Below are positions 1 to 7,383 of a stretch of 64,000 bases of DNA, one piece after another (positions within the stretch are counted from its first letter, which is position 1; every line of letters starts with the position of its first letter). The notes beneath the pieces were generated by a model. That model saw nothing but the letters and a program-made list of their open reading frames with translations, did not search any database and was not told the origin of the DNA. The stretch lies in contig JANNBC010000009.1 of assembly GCA_031385045.1 (NCBI GenBank), positions 1 through 64,000 on the forward strand, read 5' to 3'. This stretch comes from a bacterium (lineage in GTDB: Bacteria > Bdellovibrionota_C > UBA2361 > CALJRW01). Both the position numbers and the translations under genes were made by a program.

Positions 1-1
1 C

Positions 2-382
2 CTTTCCAATCATTTTATTTAAGTTTTTAACAGCTAAGTGGGTTCCTTTTCCAATACGACAAGAATAGGAGTGAAAAAATAACTTTGGCTCGAAGATTAA
101 CGCCAATTGATTATAAACACTTTGGTGGACTACGCGATCTCGTACATTTGCTTTCCGAATATGACGAACCTTAGGATCGTTAATAAAAAAAGAATGATAT
201 GTACCATGTTCATAAATTTCAGTCTTTAGATCATGATTTAAATCAAAAATATTCCTTTCAAGATTTCGCTCAAAAGCCTGAACGTCATAACGATCCCGCT
301 TACCTTGTCGAAATTGCTCCCAAGATGCGAACAAGCTTTCTATTGAAATTATTTTCTGGAAAAGACTGTCAGGTTCTTTCAT
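2..382 (-). CDS. DGR reverse transcriptase, N-terminal part (runs off the left edge)
   Basis: Manual translation from ATG at 382: MKEPDSLFQKIISIESLFASWEQFRQGKRDRYDVQAFERNLERNIFDL...YHSFFINDPKVRHIRKANVRDRVVHQSVYNQLALIFEPKLFFHSYSCRIGKGTHLAV. Contains RT N-terminal motifs (DPKxRxI, RDRVVH, SYSCRxGKGTH). Adjacent to avd and TR. Catalytic YxDD lies outside the window. Confidence 0.93.
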   Translation of the reverse strand, partial: MKEPDSLFQKIISIESLFASWEQFRQGKRDRYDVQAFERNLERNIFDLNHDLKTEIYEHGTYHSFFINDPKVRHIRKANVRDRVVHQSVYNQLALIFEPKLFFHSYSCRIGKGTHLAVKNLNKMIGK

Positions 383-397
383 CAGATAAGGAATAAC

Positions 398-763
398 ATG
401 AAAACACTAGAAGTCCCAATAATTTTTAAAACTTATGAGCTATATAAAAGCTTACAAGGATATCAAAAGAATATTCCAAAATCAGAGCGATATACTATCT
501 GGCAAAAAATTCAGACCTGCAACTTAGATACTCTGGAATTACTGATTCGAGTTGGATACCTAACTCCTATCGAAAAATTATCAACACTAATTAAGGTAAG
601 TGCAAATGTGGATCTATTAAGAATTCTTTTGCGCTTGACTTATGAAACTAAGGTAATTCCTAGTAAGAATTATCTGGAATACCAAACTATATTAGATGAG
701 ATTGGCAGAATGCTTGGAGGCTGGATAAAAAATCTTAGGTTAAACTTAGCAGAAAGAAAATAA
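398..763 (+). CDS. avd: DGR accessory variability determinant Avd (four-helix bundle)
   Basis: 121 aa with PKSERYT and C-terminal EIGRMLGGW motifs typical of Avd; AAGGA SD upstream; located between RT and TR. Confidence 0.9.
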   Translation: MKTLEVPIIFKTYELYKSLQGYQKNIPKSERYTIWQKIQTCNLDTLELLIRVGYLTPIEKLSTLIKVSANVDLLRILLRLTYETKVIPSKNYLEYQTILDEIGRMLGGWIKNLRLNLAERK

Positions 764-779
764 AAAAGGAGACAGAAGT

Positions 780-886
780 TCCGAGAAACGCCAAGCCCGA
801 CATTGTCATTACAATTTTCAGGCGCGTAATCGTTCGCGTTAGCCTTGTCATTGTAGTTGTCGCCAACCACCAAGCGCGGGGACGAG
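780..886 (-). ncRNA. DGR template repeat (TR)
   Basis: Ungapped 107-bp match to 1256-1362 with 13 mismatches, all at T on + (A on the coding strand); rich in AAC/AAT codons. Confidence 0.95.
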
Positions 887-1156
887 AATGCTAGCATTAT
901 TTTGCCTGTCTCCTTTTTATCTCCACCATCAAGAGATCCCTCCCCAGATTGTATTTTATTCGGAGGCTTACACCTCACTAGAGTCAGACAAGAATTTCTG
1001 TCTCCGTAAAGACCTGCACGCTAAGAAAATTTGTAACTTTCTTAATTCAGGCAGTGTTCTAAACGAACCACTCTATGAAAGAAACCCTTAAGCATCTTTA
1101 CATTATAGAGCAGAATAACCTTATCTTAAGAATTTGAGATCTCCAAGTAAAATCTG

Positions 1157-1186
1157 CTATTTTTTGGGGCATCCCCCAAAAAATAG
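1157..1186. other. Hairpin/cruciform downstream of VR (candidate DGR target-recognition element)
   Basis: Perfect 13-bp stem CTATTTTTTGGGG / CCCCAAAAAATAG with 4-nt loop, 58 bp past the target stop codon. Confidence 0.7.
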
Positions 1187-1244
1187 AAACCAAGAACCAA
1201 AATTCAATTTTCCAAGTTAGATCAAAGTTCCAAGTACCAAGTAC

Positions 1245-2057
1245 CTATTTAGAAATCCGAGAAACGCCAAGCCCGACAAGGTCATTACAACCGTCAGGCG
1301 CGTAAGCGAACGCGTAAGCCTTGACATCGTAGAAGTCGCCAACCACCAAGCGCGGGGACGAGCCACGTGCCCAAGGAACTTTAAAGTACGAGTCTTGTCT
1401 ACCAGACTCAAGTCTCTTTAATGCTACAGCCATGTACTGCTCAGCAGGATTACCCGCTTCAAAATCTTCTGGGATTTTTGTAATGGCAGCATCTCTAGAA
1501 ATTCCAGTAGTATCTGGTAATACTTCTCTTAACATCAGGACGAATCGATCCCCTGCTCGACTACTTCCGATTTGCTGTGAATACGAATCAAGATAGGCAA
1601 CATTAGCAAGCTTTTGCTCAGTTGCTTCAGCATTTGCTTTGCCACCAAACTCATGTGCTGAATAATCTCCTGGAATTGGAACTATTGCTACTAAGTTACG
1701 TAGCTCGGGAGTAAGACTTTCTACAAACTTCAGATCATCTACGCTTAGTAGTGTTTTTGGATTGAAGGGTCGACCAATTACTTGCTCGCAAACATTGGCA
1801 GCAATCACATCTACCCCTAAAGATTGTAGTTTAGTAACTATTTCTGCGTCTGGTTTATGACCTACTATTTCTTTTGCTACAACAGGTTCTTCTTGTTGTT
1901 GCTCTTTAGCTACAGGAACTAAGGCGGCGAGGCCAAGAACGATTTGTTTTACTTCATCAGTTGGACGACCTAAAAGTGCATTCACGGTTGCATCGGCATT
2001 CGGACCCCTTAACTCTCTAGCCAAATCCGCTGATGATAATTCCTGTACTGCGCCCAT
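1245..2057 (-). CDS. DGR target protein with C-terminal VR (probable C-type-lectin-like display fold)
   Basis: ORF track 1245..2069 uses a TTG start; ATG at 2057 gives 270 aa. VR occupies the last ~38 codons and ends VGLGVSR, like the GFR-type terminal strand of CLec-fold targets. Fold is inferred. Confidence 0.88.
   Translation of the reverse strand: MGAVQELSSADLARELRGPNADATVNALLGRPTDEVKQIVLGLAALVPVAKEQQQEEPVVAKEIVGHKPDAEIVTKLQSLGVDVIAANVCEQVIGRPFNPKTLLSVDDLKFVESLTPELRNLVAIVPIPGDYSAHEFGGKANAEATEQKLANVAYLDSYSQQIGSSRAGDRFVLMLREVLPDTTGISRDAAITKIPEDFEAGNPAEQYMAVALKRLESGRQDSYFKVPWARGSSPRLVVGDFYDVKAYAFAYAPDGCNDLVGLGVSRISK
1256..1362 (-). repeat. DGR variable repeat (VR) at the 3' end of the target gene
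   Basis: Adenine-only substitutions relative to TR 780-886; encodes SSPRLVVGDFYDVKAYAFAYAPDGCNDLVGLGVSR. Confidence 0.95.
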
Positions 2058-2110
2058 CTTAATTCTCAAAAAATAAAAATCTTTAATAATCTAACACGAA
2101 TAACGGCTTA

Positions 2111-2138
2111 CTCAAGATGTTATGCATAACTACTTGAG
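2111..2138. promoter_or_regulatory. 28-bp near-perfect palindrome upstream of the DGR target gene (candidate operator)
   Basis: CTCAAG-AT-GTTATGCATAAC-TA-CTTGAG; overlaps a possible -35 (TTGAGT) on the minus strand. Confidence 0.45.
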
Positions 2139-2577
2139 AATGATAACTAAATTTTTTCTTGGGGAAGTGATTTTGGTGTATAAAAAGGATAGCTTTGGTC
2201 ATAAAGATTCATTTATGATAAAGCCACTAAATAAGAACTTATAATAAAATTGAGTAGTTAAGGATTAAATAGGATAAGCTCGGTTTAAAACGCTACATAA
2301 GATTTTCTGAATAAGAGTGGTTAAAAAAACATTTAATACCTCTCAATCGAAACCCTCTTCCCACTATTCTGCTTATACCCATCAAGAACATGCTTCATTC
2401 TATTTTGTGAAATACTAGCTCCAGTATTTAATTGCATTAGGTAATTACCATGAGCTGTGTTGTATGTTGCAAACTGGGCATTTTTTATTAGAAAACAAAC
2501 AAAAACCAAGTTACAGTTTATATTTTCTGTATAATCATTACTTCTTAAACTAAACAATAAATTAGTGTAACGAAAAA

Positions 2578-3504
2578 TTATAGTCCCAAAACTGCCCTCA
2601 AGCTTTCTAGGAGTGCCGCATGTTTCTTCTTATCCATTTTAGAAATATTAGCTAACTTCCACTGAATCGCAGGAAGTTTTTCAATTCCATTAATCTTTAT
2701 TAAGTTCCAATTAGGTTTACCCATTTTGATTGAAAGTAAAAAATTTCGCTCCTCTAAACTTAGCTCCATATTAATTTTACTGATAAGCTTTTCTCTAACT
2801 TCTTCTAACTCTTCACAGGTAACATTCTCCTCCGTCATGCCTTTAAACTGTGCATCAAATAACTTTCTGATATCTTGGAGTCTTGGCCTTAACAACTCTT
2901 GAATTGGGCGACCATGACCAGCTAAATAAACTACAAAAGCAGAACGAATCTGATCTGTTAATCCATACTTGTTAAACATCTCTTTTACATCAAATAAGTC
3001 CCTTGGATGTTGCCTATCTAATGCGGCACAAATCTTTCCCCCATAAACATCTGGAATAGACATAACTTTTGCTTCAAATTGAAGTCCATATTCTTTAACT
3101 ACTGCATCTGAAACCATTCTATTTTCTGACGGAAAAAGCTCTCCTCTAATTATTAAGTTTGGTTCAATTTTGACCAGAGCTTTTTCAGTTGAAACAAAAA
3201 GTTTAGAAGCATCTGAATTAGGTCTATCTGATCTGATTTTTATCTTTGGGTATCTACCTTTTAAATCTTTTGTAATATCTTTGGAAATATTTAGAAGTGC
3301 CTGACTAATCCCCTCTAGGGATTTTCCTCGGGTTTGTATTGGAAGATAAGTTAAATCGATATCCACAGATAATCTTGGAATTTTATGACTTAGGAAAAGA
3401 TTAATTGCCGTGCCACCCTTGAGGGCAAAGCATGATTGCCTAGCAACTATTGGCATAATTTCAAGGAGAAGCTTTACTTGTTCTAAATAAGAATTATTAA
3501 ACAT
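2578..3504 (-). CDS. abiEii: AbiEii-family nucleotidyltransferase toxin (type IV TA / abortive infection)
   Basis: FALKGGTAINLF...PRLSVDIDL and GKICAALDRQHPRDLFD motifs. Confidence 0.92.
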   Translation of the reverse strand: MFNNSYLEQVKLLLEIMPIVARQSCFALKGGTAINLFLSHKIPRLSVDIDLTYLPIQTRGKSLEGISQALLNISKDITKDLKGRYPKIKIRSDRPNSDASKLFVSTEKALVKIEPNLIIRGELFPSENRMVSDAVVKEYGLQFEAKVMSIPDVYGGKICAALDRQHPRDLFDVKEMFNKYGLTDQIRSAFVVYLAGHGRPIQELLRPRLQDIRKLFDAQFKGMTEENVTCEELEEVREKLISKINMELSLEERNFLLSIKMGKPNWNLIKINGIEKLPAIQWKLANISKMDKKKHAALLESLRAVLGL

Positions 3505-3509
3505 AATAT

Positions 3510-4259
3510 TTAAAGAAAATCATCATTTGATTTTACAGTTATTTTATATTTTGAGTTTGTATTACCACCACGATCTATGACCCTATTTCCCTGCCCAAAA
3601 TCTATTCTACTCAAATCTAATTTTCGAACCCAAGGATAGTTTAATTCCTCAGCTTTAACCATAAATAGTCTTTTGACTTTGATTGACTGACAATCTTCTA
3701 GAAGTTTTTGGATTACTTCATACCGAAGCGTTTGTAAGCCTTGAAACAAATATCCAGCATCAACAAATGAATCATGCTTAGGCACTAAGTATAATTGCTC
3801 AAAGAGAGCTCTTTCTCTAGAAGATATTTTTAATACTAAATTATCTGCTTTGTGATTTACTATTCCAAGATCTGATGAAAATAATTTTGTACTAAAATAT
3901 TTTATTTGAACTCCCCAGTCATAAGACTTAAACCACCTAGGTAATCTTAATTTTTCTTCACCAAAAAGCAGTAACTGCTCTTCTTTTCTTAAAAAATGAG
4001 ATACTCCATATAACTTAAGGGCACTACTAGCTCCGATATGAACTTCAAGGTTTAATTGTTTCTGGATAGCATTTAAACCTCCCTGCCAACTAAAGGAATC
4101 GCCTTTTCTAGCTACAGCACCATTACCCACTTCTACTATCCAGTTATTTTTCTTATACTGTGCTAATAATGCAGGGCTATAACCAAGCTTACTTAAATAA
4201 GAGCTTGTATAGACGACTCCACTCTCCCAGTTTGTTAAAAGTTTATTTAATTTAGTCAT
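3510..4259 (-). CDS. abiEi: AbiEi-family antitoxin / transcriptional regulator
   Basis: 249 aa, 5 bp upstream of abiEii; N-terminal wHTH-like region, SSRERALFE and CQSIKVKRLF motifs. Confidence 0.88.
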   Translation of the reverse strand: MTKLNKLLTNWESGVVYTSSYLSKLGYSPALLAQYKKNNWIVEVGNGAVARKGDSFSWQGGLNAIQKQLNLEVHIGASSALKLYGVSHFLRKEEQLLLFGEEKLRLPRWFKSYDWGVQIKYFSTKLFSSDLGIVNHKADNLVLKISSRERALFEQLYLVPKHDSFVDAGYLFQGLQTLRYEVIQKLLEDCQSIKVKRLFMVKAEELNYPWVRKLDLSRIDFGQGNRVIDRGGNTNSKYKITVKSNDDFL

Positions 4260-4410
4260 AGTATATAATTTAGATTAAATATAAGCGAAACTGATTCAAT
4301 AATTACTTATAAATATATCATAAATATATATTGTTGCACTAAAATAAACTATTATTAATATTAACTTAGTAATATTAATAAGTTAAATGCCATTTACAGG
4401 ACAATCCAAT

Positions 4411-4632
4411 TTACTTGTTCTTACTATCCACCCACTCAAAAAATGCCTGCTCATCAATTAAAACTCTTCTACCAACTCGCTTTATTACTTCCTTAAATCC
4501 ATTCTGCTCAGCATAAAAAATCAAATGGCGAAGCCCCCCTATTGGTGGCCACTCGTGATGCTTATTCCAATTAACAATTGGTATTAACTTTCTTTCCTTC
4601 TTCTCACTTTGATTGCTCATAAAAACTCCCAA
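4411..4632 (-). CDS. Small DNA-binding protein, excisionase/AlpA-like
   Basis: WPPIGGLRHLIF...IKRVGRRVLIDEQAFFEWV resembles the wing motif of Xis-like proteins; lies in an integrase island. Confidence 0.65.
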   Translation of the reverse strand: MGVFMSNQSEKKERKLIPIVNWNKHHEWPPIGGLRHLIFYAEQNGFKEVIKRVGRRVLIDEQAFFEWVDSKNK

Positions 4633-4689
4633 AAAAATAAAATTTCAAAAAAATTATTACTGTTTCTAATCTCCAAATCAGATCAAAGA

Positions 4690-5019
4690 CTAGACATCTT
4701 CTTTCTTATTCCAGATAAGACTTCGAACATTTTCACTAACCCAATTATCAGATTCCCCAACTTTCATTCCACCAACTTCTAGGATCTTTTTGACAGAGAA
4801 AGCGAGATCTAGTCCAACAGTTTTTAGGTTCTTATGAAGCTCTTCAAGTTGTTCATTGACCTGTAAGAAATCAACATTCCCTGTAAGGTAAGAAGCCACA
4901 ATTTGCTTTGCTGCAAGGCTAGTACTAATGCTTTTTAAAGTAGAATATTCCCTAAGCATGCATAGCATTTCTTCATCTAACCTAAAGCTAATTATTTGCT
5001 GATTTTTTTGATTATTCAT
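4690..5019 (-). CDS. Ribbon-helix-helix protein, putative relaxosome accessory (TrwA/MobC-like)
   Basis: QIISFRLDEE beta-strand-helix-helix pattern followed by a coiled coil; likely start ATG 5019 (ORF track 5064); adjacent to an oriT-like site. Confidence 0.55.
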   Translation of the reverse strand: MNNQKNQQIISFRLDEEMLCMLREYSTLKSISTSLAAKQIVASYLTGNVDFLQVNEQLEELHKNLKTVGLDLAFSVKKILEVGGMKVGESDNWVSENVRSLIWNKKEDV

Positions 5020-5139
5020 TTTTATGTTTACAGATAAATTAAATCTTCTTAGATAGTTATCCATATTTCTGTATACAAACTAAATTTTTTGTAGACAATT
5101 TCATTTAATATTTCCAAATATTTAACTTTTTATTGTTTA

Positions 5140-5166
5140 CACTTTTAGGTGCGTCGGGTGTGTATG
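5140..5166 (+). other. MOBF-like oriT nic site
   Basis: GGTGCGTCGGGTGT^GTATG; 11/12 identity to the F-plasmid nic core TGCGTGGGGTGT; degenerate inverted repeat immediately 5'. Confidence 0.5.
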
Positions 5167-5217
5167 TAAAAATAGATAAAACTATCCTGTAAATTTCCTC
5201 CTCCCCAACAGAAAATT

Positions 5218-5487
5218 TTAGTTCGACGCCTGCTTGCCATTTAGACATTTTATAAAGTCAATTGTTGTTCTATCTAAGTAAGAAACAATGGGATGGCTTA
5301 AATATTTTAGTAGTCCAGAATTGGAAAGTCTTTCGAGTCTATGCAACAATTCTTGGCTAACTGGAAGCTCAAACCGAATATAGTTTTGATCTTCACTAGC
5401 TGGCTTATTTGGAGTCAGAAGCAATAACTCATTTTTCTTTTGTACTTTCAATTGATTCATAGAATATCCCTGATTATAAAATAACAA
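5218..5487 (-). CDS. Hypothetical protein
   Basis: 89-aa ORF with no recognisable motif. Confidence 0.3.
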   Translation of the reverse strand: MLFYNQGYSMNQLKVQKKNELLLLTPNKPASEDQNYIRFELPVSQELLHRLERLSNSGLLKYLSHPIVSYLDRTTIDFIKCLNGKQASN

Positions 5488-5794
5488 GGAGGTATTCGTG
5501 GATAATTTTAGAAAGTTGTCTTTGATTGTGAAGATTTATAATTAGTAGAGACTTCCGAAAATCAGCTTCTTTTTTCAGCACACTTGGGCTCACGTTCCAC
5601 TGCCGATTATCATCACTAATTAAGCTCACTGTCTTTTTATTATATTTAGTAACAATTCCAAAATTAGGAACTCCAACATTGTCATAAAAGCCGAACCTTT
5701 CCCCAATGCTAAAAATTAACATTCCCTGATGTGCCTTAAGCTGGGAGATCATTCTAAGCCGTTCGACGATTTTACGATTCATGTCATAAATCAC
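5474..5794 (-). CDS. Hypothetical protein (possibly a fragment; SH3-like beta region)
   Basis: FSIGERFGF...GIVTKYNKKTVSLISDDNRQWNVSPSVL looks protein-like; GTG start. Confidence 0.45.
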   Translation of the reverse strand: MIYDMNRKIVERLRMISQLKAHQGMLIFSIGERFGFYDNVGVPNFGIVTKYNKKTVSLISDDNRQWNVSPSVLKKEADFRKSLLIINLHNQRQLSKIIHEYLLVIL

Positions 5795-5863
5795 CCCAAA
5801 CTCATCAGCACTATTTTAAACTTTAACAGCAATCTTACCCCGTAAAACTGCGATTACCCCGAT

Positions 5864-6292
5864 GTGTCAAACCATTGGGAAAGATCAAGAGAGCAAAAGC
5901 TAGAATACTCCAGAAGGTGTCCAGAAAAAACAGAACTGTACAGAGTTACTTACCACAATCATGAATTTCTAGAAGAATTCTGGGAACAAAGATTCCAACA
6001 AAAGTACGGTAGCTTCCGCTTTGTAGTAAAAGAAACTCTGGAAAAGTATCTAAGCTGTGGCATTCTGGCACATGGCGTAGCCAGAGCGAGTTGCCCAGAT
6101 TGCAATCATTCTAGGCTGATTGCTTTTAGCTGTAAGTGCCGAGGATTTTGTCCTAGCTGTGGAACTAAAAGATCTTTAATCTTTGCTGAAACTCTTCATA
6201 ATTCTATTCTATCTTATAAAACGCGCGGCTACCCCCCGTATATAACTATGACAAAAGGTTTTCCTTCCCTTAGTGACATACTTGAAATTTAA
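5864..6292 (+). pseudogene. IS91-family transposase zinc-binding domain, truncated
   Basis: YLSCGILAHGVARASCPDCNHSRLIAFSCKCRGFCPSCGTKR motif; ORF ends before any HUH/Y2 catalytic domain. Confidence 0.82.
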
Positions 6293-6369
6293 AATTAGAT
6301 ATTCCTTAATCGAATTTTTGTTGGCGGAGTTCTGGGTGGCACAAGAAAAACAAAAAAGGGATAGCCCAC

Positions 6370-6474
6370 TATGACAATTTATGTCATAATCATGAACTTT
6401 GTCACAAAGGAAATGCTATAAATCTGTGTTATTAGTATTTAATTATTAATAATTTAATTGGCATACAAATTGCA
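6370..6474 (+). promoter_or_regulatory. sigma54 promoter with upstream activator palindrome for the pilin gene
   Basis: TGGCATACAAATTGCA (GG-N10-GC) at 6459-6474; TATGACA-N5-TGTCATA palindrome at 6370-6388; AT-rich spacer between them. Confidence 0.72.
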
Positions 6475-6509
6475 CTAATCCATTCGGATATATTTTTAAT
6501 GACTCTATT

Positions 6510-6977
6510 ATGTTAAACTCAAAAGCCTTTACACTAGTTGAATTACTCGTTGTTGTAGCAATTATTGGTATACTCGCTGCTGTTGCTATCCCAGGTTATA
6601 GTAGCTACAAGCAAAATGCTAGGGTAGCATCTGTTGTCAGTGACTTGAAAAACATCCATTCTGCCCTTGAAGCTTACAGAACAGAAAGCAACTCCTATCC
6701 AGATGATGTCGCTGGTGGCTCTACTCCTCCTGGATTGGCTCCGTTTTTAAAAAGTGACTTTTTTACTTCAGATACTCCAGTTGGTGGAAGATATGATTAC
6801 AACGCACAACCTGTGTGGGGAGAAGTCAGTATTAGAATTGAAAATGCAACTTATATCACTGACGATGCGGGTTGGGAGAAAGTCGATGGTGTACTTGATG
6901 ATGGTGATTTAGGTGGAGGAAAATTTAGAAATATCGCAGATGGTAAAGCTTACGTAGTAAGTGAAGATATCTATTAA
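6510..6977 (+). CDS. Type IV pilin / pseudopilin-like protein
   Basis: KAFTLVELLVVVAIIGILAAVAIP prepilin N-terminal motif. Confidence 0.9.
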   Translation: MLNSKAFTLVELLVVVAIIGILAAVAIPGYSSYKQNARVASVVSDLKNIHSALEAYRTESNSYPDDVAGGSTPPGLAPFLKSDFFTSDTPVGGRYDYNAQPVWGEVSIRIENATYITDDAGWEKVDGVLDDGDLGGGKFRNIADGKAYVVSEDIY

Positions 6978-6985
6978 ATTATTAT

Positions 6986-7366
6986 CTGCATTCAGGTCAG
7001 CAACAATCTGGATTCTTTCTTGTTGAATTATTAGTTACTGTTTTGGTACTATCAATTCTGGTAACACTTACTGTCACAGAATTTACAGAATATAGCGAAC
7101 AAGCATTTGATATTAGAGCCTATGCTCAACTTAAAGGTGCACATACTGCGGTTGTTAACTGGTTTATAGATCACACAGCAGACGGACTCTCTTGCACCTC
7201 AGTAGAATTAGCTACAAACGGAGTTATTTTTGGAGATTCCAGTATCCTTCGGGGCTTTCAGCACGATGAGGGCGCTCGCGTTGCGATGACAATAATTATT
7301 CGATGGAAGGATTTTATGATTTCCTATCTTATTTTGTTATTTTCGATAATTGTAGATATTTTTTAG
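6986..7366 (+). pseudogene. Second pilin-like gene, degenerate (no ATG; CTG in the start position)
   Basis: In-frame extension of ORF 7043..7366 reads (CTG)HSGQQQSGFFLVELLVTVLVLSIL, a prepilin motif. Confidence 0.6.
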
Positions 7367-7383
7367 TCTTAAGAAATACTACC

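Noticed and set aside
199..396. 65-aa plus-strand ORF
   Set aside because: Antisense shadow of the RT gene on the minus strand.
670..978. 102-aa minus-strand ORF similar to the target C-terminus
   Set aside because: It is the TR read in frame and overlaps avd antisense; the TR acts as RNA, not as a second target gene.
888..1411. ORFs 888..1091 and 1217..1411
   Set aside because: Short frames over the TR leader and the VR with no protein-like features.
2333..2557. 74-aa ORF downstream of abiEii
   Set aside because: TTG start, no motif, AT-rich; cannot be supported.
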